A DNA stretch of 59,709 nt, filler included, from Globobulimina sp. (lineage: Eukaryota), in assembly GCA_003354225.1 (NCBI GenBank). It is 11 parts of 11 records of this genome, joined end to end, with 100 filler letters (N's around TTAATTAATTAA, not from the genome) between each part and the next. Parts side by side here need not be neighbours in the genome. Positions count along the whole stretch, not along the records: positions 38,086 to 43,417 come from PIVH01000625.1; positions 43,518 to 48,849 come from PIVH01000626.1; positions 48,950 to 54,280 come from PIVH01000627.1; 8 more parts are not named here. One strand, given 5' to 3'. Position 1 is the first letter of the stretch. Each line of letters begins with the position of its first letter. Positions 38,379 through 50,869 of the stretch are shown here, one piece after another. The position numbers were made by a program, and so were the translations under genes. The notes below the pieces were generated by a model. That model searched no databases, was not told the DNA's origin, and was given only the letters and a program-made list of their open reading frames with translations.

Positions 38379-40580
38379 ATGGATTTGCAATCTTTGTGGT
38401 TGACAAATCATTCAATTTTAGATAAAATGGAAGATTTGGAATACAAATCAAAAGAACAAGAAATCATTGAATCGTTATTTGGTGGCACCAGAAATATGAT
38501 CAAAATTATGTTGAAAAAGAAAAATAATTTATCGTATATTCAACAAAAAGAATTATTTAAGATATTAAAAAAACCAAAACAAAATAAAACAAGAAAAGAA
38601 ATGAATGTAAATGAAAATGGTGAAATAAATTTGAGCAGTTTGAATAGCAATTGTTTAGCATCGATATTTATATTTTTAACACCCTACGAAAGAGGAATAC
38701 TGTCAACAATGTGTAGAATGTTTTGTGTTGCAGCACAATTTAAAAAATCTTATCCAAATTCACAAATATTACAATTTCCTTTAAACAAAGTCTACCATTT
38801 TATACATAAAATATCGGAAATAAAAGATATTGATAACAATGCAAACAATAATGATTTATTAAAATTAATGCATGAATCGGAATTATTATGTTTATGGATA
38901 AAAAATGAAAATCAGTTCGCCACTTTAGAACCTATTGCTACATCTGGAATTTTACCCACATTCTCCAATTTATTATTAAATCAACATATTATTAAACATC
39001 ACATCAAATTTATTGCAAACATTTTATTTCTATTTAAAGCTCTTTCGGAAATCCCATCCCTTCGTTTAAGCATTGTGAATGTAAATATAATTGAAAATCT
39101 AGCAATCTTTATTAATGACAGTCACATATTTGCCACACAAGATACTTTCACACAACATGAGGTTATTCCGCATATTGTAACTATTATTCACAATTTATAT
39201 TCACAAGATTTTCATATTCGAGTAGAGAAATCCTATATTATCCATAGAATTATTTGTGTTTTACAAAGCCAATGGACCAAAAACACCAAAGATTTATCGT
39301 GGATCATAAGTGCGTTGAATTTGGCTTGTAACTGGATGCACTGTGCACCAATGGACCATTATGGTATAATTAAAAAGGTCATTCCTCAGTTTATTAATAA
39401 AATCAGTGCTTTAATTGATGTTCAAAATAGCAAGGAATGGATTTATAACTTATTATCGCCCGGCAATGCTGTCATTATTAGCGACCCAGACCAACCACCA
39501 AGGATCCATACCGATATACATTATGTAACGAGTGACGATTATGTGTTTACTGTAGCACAAATTATTGAATTACCGTCAAGAAATGATTCAGATCCAATGA
39601 TTACACTTTTAGGCAAATTTAAAAATGCTACCAATCCTCAACAAAAGTTATGTGTTGAATTGAAGCGCGTTCATATTCAGTATCTGAGGAACCGCCGTGG
39701 AATCTATGGCTGTATGTTGGCTGCATTTGAATCTTTATGTGCTTTGTTGTCTGTATATAGACAGTATAATAATATCGATTTTAAATCGAATCAATACGCA
39801 CCAATCACAAATGGAATAAAACGAATATTACAAGTTTCTCAGACACAATTTCCTGATGTTTCGCATGTTGATATTTTCTTGGATTTATTAGAGAGTGATT
39901 GGGATTTTTTTATGCATTTAATTCCCAATGAAATACAGACGCAATTTATGCCAGACCCTCGCGCCTATAAACGATACGAGAAATTGTATACTTTGATTGA
40001 TGCTGCATTTGATTGTCATAAATTAGATTCTCTATGTAAAGTGGAGTGGTTTCGACAAAGCTTTTCTCGACCTTTTGGTAGAAATAATGAGGTCTATCCA
40101 GACAGTTTACCGAAGCATTGGAATGAATATATACTTACTGGATTGTTAAAGAATTTTTGTGGTGATTATAGATCGTATTGTCACCTTTCTGCAGTTGTAC
40201 ACAAATTAGATTGCTCAACAATGGATTATCAATATTTTATAGAAGAAAATGGCATCTCTTCTCTGCTCCAAATTATATCAACAGTGGTGAAACCTGAATA
40301 TTATGAAGGACCGATCAGTGATATATGTCAGATAATGTTGGGAAACAGCAAATTAATATTAAGCAACGTATTTGTTTATTTATCAGATAATCGGTTCGGA
40401 GAAGAGGTTTTTTGGAAATACTTTTCAGTGGAAATATTTCGCGTGGCATTGCAATCGGTATTGAGTATAAATAGAGATAATGGGAAACCACTCACGAATG
40501 AAAAACTGATGGAAATGGTATTAGAACAAATGGAAAGGTTTCTTGGTGAGCAGCAAGCGGCTGTTTTAAACATTGCTTGA
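38379..40580 (+). CDS. F-box-like motif protein with ARM-like helical repeats
   Basis: LSSLNSNCLASIFIFLTPYERGILSTMCRMF resembles an F-box; IATSGILPTFSNLL and FIEENGISSLLQII are ARM-like; 733-aa ORF. Confidence 0.65.
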   Translation: MDLQSLWLTNHSILDKMEDLEYKSKEQEIIESLFGGTRNMIKIMLKKKNNLSYIQQKELFKILKKPKQNKTRKEMNVNENGEINLSSLNSNCLASIFIFLTPYERGILSTMCRMFCVAAQFKKSYPNSQILQFPLNKVYHFIHKISEIKDIDNNANNNDLLKLMHESELLCLWIKNENQFATLEPIATSGILPTFSNLLLNQHIIKHHIKFIANILFLFKALSEIPSLRLSIVNVNIIENLAIFINDSHIFATQDTFTQHEVIPHIVTIIHNLYSQDFHIRVEKSYIIHRIICVLQSQWTKNTKDLSWIISALNLACNWMHCAPMDHYGIIKKVIPQFINKISALIDVQNSKEWIYNLLSPGNAVIISDPDQPPRIHTDIHYVTSDDYVFTVAQIIELPSRNDSDPMITLLGKFKNATNPQQKLCVELKRVHIQYLRNRRGIYGCMLAAFESLCALLSVYRQYNNIDFKSNQYAPITNGIKRILQVSQTQFPDVSHVDIFLDLLESDWDFFMHLIPNEIQTQFMPDPRAYKRYEKLYTLIDAAFDCHKLDSLCKVEWFRQSFSRPFGRNNEVYPDSLPKHWNEYILTGLLKNFCGDYRSYCHLSAVVHKLDCSTMDYQYFIEENGISSLLQIISTVVKPEYYEGPISDICQIMLGNSKLILSNVFVYLSDNRFGEEVFWKYFSVEIFRVALQSVLSINRDNGKPLTNEKLMEMVLEQMERFLGEQQAAVLNIA

Positions 40581-41217
40581 ATCAAAGTTATCAAACTATT
40601 ATTCTTTTGAATTTATCACCGAGAATGAGCTGAATTCATATGATTTGTTATTCGCAAGTTTGGTTAAATTTATTTAATTTTTCTTTTCGATTTTTATGAA
40701 TTATTTGCATTGTTTGATTGCTTATTATTTTGGATATTCCACCTTTGTTTATACGTTTTCTTTTTGTATATATTCAAAGTATATTTTATCATTACATGTT
40801 TTTGATTTGTTGTATAGTTTTTATGCGATACCATTGTTTTTTTCATTTTGTCCTAAATTTTATTGAGATTTCAAAATATGTTTTAAATTCTTTTATAAAA
40901 TAAATATATTGTTGATAAAAAATTACATTTTTTAAGTTATGCACATTGTCGCATTTTGTTTTGGGAAGTTTTATTTTGATAAACTATGCGAAAGAGCCCT
41001 ATTTATTTTTGTTTCTGTTCTGGGTTCTATATTTTTTATTTAATTATTTCTTATTTCTAATTAAGTTACAAAACTCAAATTTTAGACTCGGTCCGAGATG
41101 TAACAACAAATTATTCATACATACTTTAAAAAGTCACAAAATTCTATTTAAAATAGGTTACTGATTTTGTTTTGATAAAATTAAAAAACTTGAGAGAAAA
41201 AAAGGTGATACTAAAGA

Positions 41218-43272
41218 ATGTCAAGCGAAAACGCAGAAATGTTGCGTCCAATAATAATTGTTATCTGTTTATTTTTAAATACAGCAGGAATGCATTTGTT
41301 AAATGATTATGAAATGGCATTGAATTGGATGATTGGTCAAAGATTGCACAACGGAAAGTTGGATGATGGAATGTTATGGAAATCAAACGAATTCGATAAT
41401 GCGTTGTTAACTGCGATGCATCAAACTGAATACCTAACAATCTTTGATGAAATAAGCAAATTAATCAACTCAGAGTATGATCCATCTCAAGATGCAAAAT
41501 ATCTGATTGTAATCCAACAATGTAATATTAATGACGGCAGTATTCCGCGTAATAGATTATCCATTTATAAATATTCAGTGTTCATTCATTGGATGCAAGA
41601 GAACATTTTAATGCATCAATTTCTATTTATTAAAAATGTTTTTAGTGTCAGGATTATTGCTGAAATGTTTACTGACGTCGATCTGATAACACATTGCGAT
41701 GAATGGCACCAGAAATTAGATATGCTTTGGAACGTCTATTGTTTGCCAAATATCATTCATTTGACACCTCAGCAAAGTAAGCAAATTAATTTAAGTCTGA
41801 TGATGTGGAAATATTTGGACACAATTCGTTTCTCGCAACATTACCTGAGCTATTTGCAACACTTCGATGCAATGTTACTATCAAACAAATTTATTCCGAG
41901 GCAGAGTGATTATTATTTTATTTTCAATTTGAACACAATTGATTTTGCCACAAAACAAATGTACTTTTCTCAATGGCTGGAAACAATTCAAACTCACACA
42001 ATCAATGATGATAATCCACAATTTAGCAATGCAAATGTGCTCAATTCATTTATTTCAAACATATTGAAATCAGATGAATTCGCTTATCATCCGAGAATTA
42101 CATTTGCTATGGTTTCTTTGCAACGGGTTTTGTCATTGTCGACAAATACAGAAATAAATCAATTATATGACGTAAATTCGTTGCTATTGATATTCAATGC
42201 CTGCGTTGAATGGAATAATACGTATCATTTACGCGAATTGAGATTGATTTTTACAGAGTTACAACTTTCAGAACAACAATTATATGAATTGGGTGTAGCG
42301 GTGTTGAACAATGGAGATTTTAGTATTATGTCCTCAGATAATATTAATTTCAGCCAAAGGTTAATAAAATTATTTTCTACCAAAAATGAAACAGTGTATC
42401 ACAAAATTATTGAATGGATGCAGAGCATTCCAGACATGATTTCTCCCAAATGCTACTATTTGGGGACATTATTAAATGAATTGAGAGAGTTGAATGCAAC
42501 TCATTTATTTCTATTTTTCATGAATTGGTTGAGACAAATAATAGACATATTTGCTATTAAAGAGAATTATAAACTTATTTTTCTCGTTTTTAATAATTTC
42601 CCAGCTCATTCAGAAGAACATTGCAAGATAATCAGGCCTTTTTGGACCAATTTCGTTGTCCCGACAATCAATTCTTATATTCAAATCAGGCAGAAAAAGG
42701 ATATCAGATTCGGCAGAGCCACCAGACTGAGGAAGGATACTTATATTAAAACAATGATTAATTATTATTTGAACAGACTGACGCCGGTTTATTCTGATGA
42801 AATGACTGCGGAATATTGTTCTGTTTTTGATTATGCAGTTTCGACAAACATATGGCATCCATTGCGAATGCACTATTATATGTTTATGATTTTTCGCAGA
42901 TTGAGCGTGGGGGATAAAGTGAGATATTTTGAGCAATGGATTTCTGGAAATTTAACCATGCGTAGAGACCCATATGTAGCTTCTCCTGCAATTGCAAATT
43001 ATGAAATATTTAACGCCTTTTTGAATTCTTATTTGATAAACAATGCGGATATTCACCCTGAGAATGCTCCACTGTTTTTAATGAAAAGTATTGAATATTT
43101 GCAGCTGGCATGCGTAAAACAAAGATTTTTTGGCGATTTTATTATTGCCAAGACAACAACAATTATAAATCAAGCGTGTGTCAAATATGGACAAGGTTCC
43201 TGTATCGATGCCATGTTATCTATTCCGTTGATTAAAGACAAGATTCTCGTGGCCAAAGTGATTCGACAGTAG
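41218..43272 (+). CDS. Hypothetical secreted, helix-rich protein with an internal repeat
   Basis: 684-aa ORF; signal-like MLRPIIIVICLFLNTAG (second Met, 41239). Confidence 0.65.
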   Translation: MSSENAEMLRPIIIVICLFLNTAGMHLLNDYEMALNWMIGQRLHNGKLDDGMLWKSNEFDNALLTAMHQTEYLTIFDEISKLINSEYDPSQDAKYLIVIQQCNINDGSIPRNRLSIYKYSVFIHWMQENILMHQFLFIKNVFSVRIIAEMFTDVDLITHCDEWHQKLDMLWNVYCLPNIIHLTPQQSKQINLSLMMWKYLDTIRFSQHYLSYLQHFDAMLLSNKFIPRQSDYYFIFNLNTIDFATKQMYFSQWLETIQTHTINDDNPQFSNANVLNSFISNILKSDEFAYHPRITFAMVSLQRVLSLSTNTEINQLYDVNSLLLIFNACVEWNNTYHLRELRLIFTELQLSEQQLYELGVAVLNNGDFSIMSSDNINFSQRLIKLFSTKNETVYHKIIEWMQSIPDMISPKCYYLGTLLNELRELNATHLFLFFMNWLRQIIDIFAIKENYKLIFLVFNNFPAHSEEHCKIIRPFWTNFVVPTINSYIQIRQKKDIRFGRATRLRKDTYIKTMINYYLNRLTPVYSDEMTAEYCSVFDYAVSTNIWHPLRMHYYMFMIFRRLSVGDKVRYFEQWISGNLTMRRDPYVASPAIANYEIFNAFLNSYLINNADIHPENAPLFLMKSIEYLQLACVKQRFFGDFIIAKTTTIINQACVKYGQGSCIDAMLSIPLIKDKILVAKVIRQ

Positions 43273-43517
43273 AAACGTTCAACGTCAGACTCGCATGTAG
43301 CCTTAAATTTGTTTCTAACATTTTCTTCAAAAATCATCAAAAAACTTTACAATATCACCAAACAAAAAATAATATGACTTTAATATATGTTCAGTTCAAA
43401 GCGACAAAAAAGGCAAANNNNNNNNNNNNNNNNNNNNNNNNNNNNNNNNNNNNNNNNNNNNTTAATTAATTAANNNNNNNNNNNNNNNNNNNNNNNNNNN
43501 NNNNNNNNNNNNNNNNN

Positions 43518-45207
43518 AATTATAAAATGTTTAGCCATTGAATACCCAAAATATAAATTCACCATTTCTACCAAAGCCAAATGGGTCATACACACGAAAC
43601 TGCTCTATTGAGAGATACGTAAATAATCCGAGATAAAATAAATATAAAATTAATGAGGTCACATAGGTCCCCAAAGGCGTAAAATAGAAATGCCATTTTC
43701 GCATTTTTTTAAATACCAACGATACGGACAACGGTGCAATTTCAAAGGCGTCAGCGCGATTTATTGGGCGTAAAAATTCAAAATCTTGCATAATGGACGT
43801 GGACACCCTTTAAATAACATAAACATAATTATAATTACATATATTTACTATTTAATAAAACCAAACCTTTCCACTCTATTATGTGCAACAAATGAATGTA
43901 ACTCATATTCCATCGCCATATCCAAAGCAGACATGCCATCAATGTCAGATTTAACTTCTAATAATATTGTCGCCAAATGATCAGATTCGAAAAATTGCAA
44001 ATAATTTATTGCCGCTTCAATATAACCTTCAGCAATTTTATGAAAAACATGACCGCGGGCAACATCATAATACGCGCGATCGTTAAACCATTTAGCAATT
44101 CTTAGGGATGCACAGACCGGATACTGCGAACCAATCACAATATTTTGAGCTAACTGTTTATTTATTTATTTATTTATGTACATATATATTTACGTACATA
44201 TGTTTCTGATGACATGTGAAACGCAAAAATATTGACAAACAACTTAAATATACTTCGTTTAGCCTTTTTGCATCGAATCTGGTTAATTCAAATTGATATT
44301 TCTCTAATAATTGAATAGCGACTGAGCCCGGCGTATATTCAGCAACTTTGTTAAATATTAACCACATTGATTTGCTTGGATAGGTTTTTAATGTCGTTAT
44401 TATAATAAACCACCAAATTATACAATCATGATTGACGTTAAAATCTAATAACAATTCGCGCAAAGCTTTCTTTTTTAATCTTTTCATATTTTTATAATAA
44501 TCTAAATACACAGTGCTGATTGGCAATGATATTCCCAATTCTTCAGAAATGATTTGATTCGATGGCAATTTGTTATTGGTTTCTTTGTAATAATCAATCC
44601 ATAAAATCCGATCCCATTTTCGTACAAATCCAAATATTCTTCGTTTCATTTCAATTAAATCATCAACTCGTAATTGAGCGGAGCCATCTCGATCTTGATC
44701 GAATTGTGAATCAATTTTTAATTTCGTTAATTCTCGAAAAAACTTCAAAATACGATCATCTTCCTGCAATTTGGAGGATTTTCCAGGAATTTGGAGGATT
44801 TCGCCTGCTTTATATGCACCCGCTGGATTCCATAATTGTTTCATATCAATGAGTAATAGTTCATGCCCGGAAACGCCAGTTTTTTGTGTTTCCCCTTTCT
44901 CAAAAACAGGAATCATATCTTGCATGCCATTTTTTCTTAGCCACCATTGTATGTGCTGCCAATTCCATTTTATTGGATTTAACTGTCCCGGGTTATGTGA
45001 ATGCGATGTCTCGTCTTCTTCATCCTCTGCTTCTTCATCTTGACTGCTTGTGTCATTGTCTGTGGATTGATTATCACCGTCTTCGTCATCTTCTGTTTCT
45101 TCTTCGTATTTTACAATTATGTCCTCTTCCTCTTCCTCGTCATGTGCACTTGTGCTTTTTATTGCATTTAATTCAATGCTTGTGTGGACCTCTGCTTCCG
45201 TTGTCAT
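43518..45207 (-). CDS. TRP-family (TRPM/TRPC-like) channel with N-terminal SAM domain, 3' truncated
   Basis: SAM WNWQHIQWWLRKNGM..F...VSGHELLLI. Introns 44154-44193 and 43808-43866 join SALDMA...FVAHNRVER and FYFTP...LYLFYLGLFTY...EFIFWVF, the pre-S1/S1/S2 pattern of TRP channels. Confidence 0.75.
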
Positions 45208-45547
45208 TGTTCACTACAACAGACTTCAAAACTTGTTTTAATTGTTAACTTAGAATAATTATAAGGCTCACAAGTCATAATTAAGGCTCACAAATTAATT
45301 CTCACAAATTAATTAAGCAGCTACAAAACCAAGAATACTAAATAACATATGGAGTAAACTGGATAAGAAATCCATTCTACGGTATTTTCCCGTGCAGCGA
45401 TCTAACGAGTTCGTAGTAGTAATTTATTGTGTTTGTCCATAGAAAATTCATGTTCCGACAAAATCACACAAATTTTTACCTTTCTCTTGTATTTGTGAGG
45501 AATTTAAATCAATACACCACTCTGACATGAATTTGCAACGCGTGCTG

Positions 45548-46786
45548 TCAATCGCAAGAATCATCGATTTGAGCTAAGATCGGAGGAATTACTAAGATCT
45601 CTATGTTTGTGCTTAATTTGCTGCCTTTGCTTTTTTGTTGGGCAATTTTCTTTTTATATTTTGATTTTCTTGACAGAGATGCATTTCTCGTGTTTTTCTG
45701 TTTGACAACGGATGGGGGCTTCGGCCGCATTGCATACTCTCCTTTTACATTATCAATGTATTTCAAAATTGTTGCTGCGGCATGTCCACTCAGCAAACTT
45801 TGGAAATAATTTTTCAATCTACAAATAACAACAATTGCATCATTAACATCATTATGGGAACACTTGTCGACATAAAACAATTTAATATCACACCACATCT
45901 TTATTTGACATGACGATATATTCCAAACTCCGTTGCATGTTTTTAATTTAGTTATTTTATTGTCGCAAACCGCTACATTTTCGCACATAAACTGCTTAAT
46001 CTTATTGCACAGAATATGATCTTTAATCAAATTAATTAAACAAATTGGCACATAAACAAATTAAATATTTCAAATCAGATTGTATCTTAACTGCAATATT
46101 CAAATATTATCTGGTTTTGAGAGCCAATTAAAAATATTGCACAATCAGACAAAGTGTCATCGATAATATTTGTAAATGTTTGCATGCTGAACATTGCCGA
46201 ATTCATTAATTTCCTAATTACATATTTAAATGATGCAAAATGTCCAATATATTTATTGTTGGATGTAAAGGGAGCTGCTGTGTCAATGCTGTGTACTGTA
46301 TAATTCTCCATCAGGTTTTGTGTTATTTCGCGTTCTTCGCCATTTATTTTGTTTAATTCCGAATGATACGCAATCTCAAAACTATACAATAGAATATTAC
46401 AAATAAACTCTTGTTCCTGCAATATATATAACTCGCTCGTTGAAATTAAAACAATTAATGAAAAACATCCGTTAATCGCCAAGATATTGAGTTGCTTGAA
46501 TTGTGTGGAAATGTGGTTGCTGCATAAATGTATATTCAACGTAGATGTGTGATGGGTTACAGGTAATTGTGTTGTTACAGTACCATTGGCTGAATGCAAA
46601 ACAGGACGTAATAAATCTGTGCAATTGAACAAAGTCAATATCTATTTCTTTTTGCTCTTGATCAGGCTCGTAATACTCACTCAATATGCTGCCAAAATGT
46701 GAATATAAACAAATCCGACCTTTCACCATTACTTCAAAGGAAGTAGACTCACTATTAAAACTGCAAAAACTACTAAACATCATCAT
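45548..46786 (-). CDS. Unknown gene or pseudogene in three consecutive ORF pieces
   Basis: ORFs 46472-46786, 46087-46638 and 45548-46051 on the same strand; no domain or clear splice model. Confidence 0.3.
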
Positions 46787-46885
46787 CCTCTATTGCTCTG
46801 TCATCATATTTATCCAATATCACATACGATCATCAGCCCACAGCACTTGAAATTTCTTGAATTATCAGGTCTCAAAAACACTAAA

Positions 46886-48157
46886 ATGGTAATTTATAAC
46901 GCAATTGTCCGAAGAAACAAAGTACTGCTCACAAAATTAACACATAACACCACAACTCTATCTCACCACCATCACAACATCCGATTCCATACCACCAAAC
47001 AACTGAAATTGACAGATCTCCTACAACCAAAAAACGGAGAGCTACAATCTAAATTCTCAGATATAACCATCACACCGCCCCCGACACATTTCAAACTGTT
47101 ATGCATCTTAACAGGTTCGTCAGTCGTTCTCAATCACACAAATACAGCACCCTCACCTTTACATAACAAATACAAACAGGCGTAACCATCGCAGCATCCT
47201 CTTTAATGTTCCTCCAAGAAAAGTTACTATTTGGTACAATTGGTGGTGTGATCAGCAAATCAATGACGGCGCCATTGGAGAGACTCACAGTGTTCAGACA
47301 GGCATCCATTGACTTTAAATCACCCATTCGCTTGATTATCAGTAGTATATTTAAGGAAGAAGGCATCAAAGGCTTTTGGCGAGGCAACGGGTATGTTATT
47401 TGTTATTATCTTGTTTCTCCGAAATGAACTTTAAAATGTATACAGGATAAACGTTTTTCGTGCATCAATTCAAAAAGGTTCATTGTTTGCGTTACAAGAT
47501 TTTTTCCGAGAACTATTGACAAGCGGTGAGAAACAAAAACTTTCAGATTCGCTGGGTTTGTCATTTGTAGCCGGATGGTTAGCGGGGGCAACATCTACGA
47601 TTATAACGTTCCCGTTGGATACCATAAAGACGGTAAACCAAGCAACTATTCATCAGAAACAATGGTCTGCAATGCAAGTATGGTTCAGTTTGGCACTCAA
47701 GAAGGGATATATAAGGGGACCATGGACGGCGGTGTTGCCCACAGCATTGGGCGCCAGTTTTTATTACGCGATAAAATTTATGGCCTTTGATGCTTGTCTG
47801 ATGGGCATAGGAATAGTGAGCAATAGATACAATTTTGAGTTCCAGACAGATATTAAAAACGCTGTTGGTGGATTATGTGCGGGAGTTTGTGGCAATGCAG
47901 TAACTTATCCAAACAATTGCATCAGGAAAAGGATGCAAACCGCCGCTGTTTGTGATGCAATTGGCAGTCCATACAAATTCCCCAAACAAAATTATATCAA
48001 TACAGCAAATCAATTTTATTGCAATGAAGGTGGACTAAGCAGATTTTATAAAGGGTTCGGAATTAATGTAATGAGAAATGCACCAAACACTGCCATTCAA
48101 TTTGTAGTCTATAAAAGATTGCAAAGTCTATGGAATGAACGTAGCGATAAAGACTGA
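46886..48157 (+). CDS. Mitochondrial carrier (SLC25) with long N-terminal extension, 3 exons
   Basis: Carrier motifs PLERL, PLDTIK and PNNCIRKRMQ, plus EEGIKGFWRGN and EGGLSRFYKG; introns 47115-47179 and 47391-47445 are in frame. Confidence 0.9.
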
Positions 48158-48684
48158 CGCATTAAAACTGTTTTAACGATAAAGCTGACAGAAAGTGAAT
48201 TACTTTACAAATTACAACATTGTATTATCATTAACAATTATGACGGGTTCTCAAACTGTCTGCTCTGTCCGGTCGTTTCTACAAACACAGTCTTTACATC
48301 ATGTCTTTTTGCTATGTATTATTTGGTTGTACGTACCAATCACCAATAGGGCACTTTTGCTTTATCGTAAAAATCTGTTTAGAAAATAGTTTTTTGATGA
48401 AAAGTTTTTTGATGACCATAATTCTCTTTTTTGTCTTGCATTGCTGGATCTTTGGATACGAGCAGATGCAGTATTTATATAGCACATAGCAATACAATCG
48501 CTTTATATCTCACCAAAAAAATGATTTATGGACAAACATTTAAATCAAGCACATAGCATTGCAATAGCTTTCACAATTTGATAATATCTGTCACCAATAA
48601 TAGCCACAATAATAAAAAATGCAAAATATAAAATATAACCCTACGTTTTTGCAAAATACTTTAAAACATACACTAAACTTAACA

Positions 48685-48849
48685 ATGTCAACACGTTTAC
48701 TTTGGCTGTATATCACATTTTATATCACGCCATACGCGCTGGATTTAGGTGAAAAGCGAGATATTTTAGATTTGCATAATAGTTTAAGAAATGATATTGC
48801 CGCCATGGAACCTGCGAATTTAAATCAATTATTTTGGGTACTACGTTAA
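48685..48849 (+). CDS. CAP/SCP (PR-1/antigen 5) domain protein, first exon only
   Basis: Signal peptide, then ILDLHNSLR...PANLNQLFW followed by a GT donor; truncated by the linker. Confidence 0.7.
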   Translation: MSTRLLWLYITFYITPYALDLGEKRDILDLHNSLRNDIAAMEPANLNQLFWVLR

Positions 48850-49531
48850 NNNNNNNNNNNNNNNNNNNNNNNNNNNNNNNNNNNNNNNNNNNNTTAATTA
48901 ATTAANNNNNNNNNNNNNNNNNNNNNNNNNNNNNNNNNNNNNNNNNNNNCAATTGATGAAAGAATGAAGCAACTCAGGGTTCCTGTCTATCATGAGCAAG
49001 AGAAGAGTGAGAGTGATGAGCAAGAACAAAAACCCGGTTTTTGGCATAACTGTTTTTATGGGTTTCGCAGCGAAAAAGGATTACGGTAGGCTTTTTGGCG
49101 GGAAAACTGAATACTTGAGGTTTCATATGGTAAACCCACTTCTGTTGCCAGAAAATCCAAGACACATGATAAGCAGGAGCAAAAAAACAAGTTTTTAGGA
49201 TTACTGTACTTTTTGGGGAAAACATAACTTGAACTTTGAAAAAACAATATGGTATGTTTTTGTCGAGAAAAAACTGAGTATGTGCAATTGTTTTTTGACA
49301 GGAAAAAGCCTTTTTTAAGGTATTTGATAGAATGAAAACTGAGCTATCTCAGAAGGATACCCTGGAATGTAAGAATGATTGCATATGGGATCGAAATCGG
49401 TTTCAGTCAAAAGGAGCCACATTCATCGAATCTTAAAAATTGTATGGCGCTGCATCACAAAAAAAGATGAATGTTGAGATGCACCAACACTATATAGGAA
49501 AGCTATCACTCTTTATGTACATTTTCTCAAA

Positions 49532-50014
49532 ATGTCTGTAATAAAAGATGCTGATCATGCCCTCGAAGTGCTGGTTGTCCAAGTAATTGGTGCCGGCTCA
49601 CAACTATATGTCGACATTCATAACCCTGTGCTTGATAAAATGTTGGAAGATATCCAACTGATGCTCCACGATAACCAGGAATTCTATCAATCAGTTGTTG
49701 TAAATCTCACGGGATCCAAAGTAGATGAAACCCTGGCCAGCTGCTTCGCCGATAACAAGATGAATTGGGGACGGATTGTCGCAGTGTTTACCCTGCTGTA
49801 TGTGTATGCCGAGAAAAACAAAGACTGCTACAAGTGCAAGCGTGCATTGAAACATGTATTCACAACGGCTCTGCAAAGCTATGCCGCTCCATGGATAAAA
49901 AGTCGCGGAGGAATGTCGAACTATATTAGCCCTTGTCGATTTCATTTCTGTCTATGTTTTTGTCTTGCTATGAGCATTGTAGCTGTAATGATGATAAAAG
50001 ATGTATGTCATTAA
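49532..50014 (+). CDS. Bcl-2 family protein (viral-type apoptosis regulator)
   Basis: BH1 FADNKMNWGRIVAVFTL, BH2 WIKSRGG and a C-terminal hydrophobic anchor; TATA-like TATATAG ~40 nt upstream and AATAAA downstream. Confidence 0.9.
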   Translation: MSVIKDADHALEVLVVQVIGAGSQLYVDIHNPVLDKMLEDIQLMLHDNQEFYQSVVVNLTGSKVDETLASCFADNKMNWGRIVAVFTLLYVYAEKNKDCYKCKRALKHVFTTALQSYAAPWIKSRGGMSNYISPCRFHFCLCFCLAMSIVAVMMIKDVCH

Positions 50015-50069
50015 TTTCATCCCATATAATTAAAATAAAAGGAACATGTAAATGTTTTTTTCAAGAACC

Positions 50070-50825
50070 ATGTCTACATCAATTCAGAACGATTTTTACT
50101 TGTACCTCGTCAACCGACTAGCTGGCAATGGTGCATTGGAAGCTTCCTGCAAACTTCCATCAACCATCGACCTGTCGAGAGATAACTATGAAATAAGTCT
50201 GGTCGAAATTCAGTTGCCCGGTCCATGGCATAATGTATATGATGCCATGATCGACATTTGGTCTCTGGAAAAACCTGAGGAACGAGTGCAGATGACTATT
50301 CCGGATGGAAATTACAAAAACTTTGAAGTGCTTGCAAAAGTTGTCGAACGTCTTAGCAAAAGGGCCGAATACAAACTGGACGGTAAATTGATCAACCTTC
50401 AGTTCAAATTCATAAAAACCGAGTCCGGCAACTTCTATGTTGCACAAAATTTTGGTGTCGGAATGATGTTCAGCCCGAGGCTCATGCATATAATGGGACT
50501 CCACTCCACAGAACTGATCAATGATTCGACTCGAGAAGAACGAACTCGGATTTACCCAAACATTAATCTCGGGCATTACAGTATAATCGCAGGATGCAAT
50601 GTAGTACCATTTTCGACCATTGGAGAATACTCTGGAAAGGTTTTGCGAGTGTTTTCTCCACCCTCGGATGGACCGATGAGCATCAATGTTCGTGAAATAT
50701 ATGTACCAGTGGCGGTAAACATGATGGATCAGATCACCGTGACATTGCATAACATGATGGGTCATCAAATTTCCTTTGAAAATGATGAAATGGTCATCCT
50801 TGTGCATCTTAGAAAAGTGATATAA
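50070..50825 (+). CDS. Polinton-type minor capsid (penton-like) protein
   Basis: DFYLYL...LPSTIDL..YEISLVEIQLP..WHN at the N-terminus and CNVV...IG...KVLRV...IYVPV...QITVTL....G.QISF......HLRK at the C-terminus. Confidence 0.85.
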   Translation: MSTSIQNDFYLYLVNRLAGNGALEASCKLPSTIDLSRDNYEISLVEIQLPGPWHNVYDAMIDIWSLEKPEERVQMTIPDGNYKNFEVLAKVVERLSKRAEYKLDGKLINLQFKFIKTESGNFYVAQNFGVGMMFSPRLMHIMGLHSTELINDSTREERTRIYPNINLGHYSIIAGCNVVPFSTIGEYSGKVLRVFSPPSDGPMSINVREIYVPVAVNMMDQITVTLHNMMGHQISFENDEMVILVHLRKVI

Positions 50826-50869
50826 GTGATCGATTTGATGATGTATGGGTGTTTTTGAAAATAAAAATT

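Noticed and set aside
48950-49500. Possible terminal inverted repeat of the polinton
   Set aside because: No AG..CT-type terminus or matching inverted copy within the contig; only short low-complexity repeats.
50160-50807. 215-aa antisense ORF over the minor capsid gene (likewise 52707-53225)
   Set aside because: No motifs; shadow ORFs of genes on the opposite strand.
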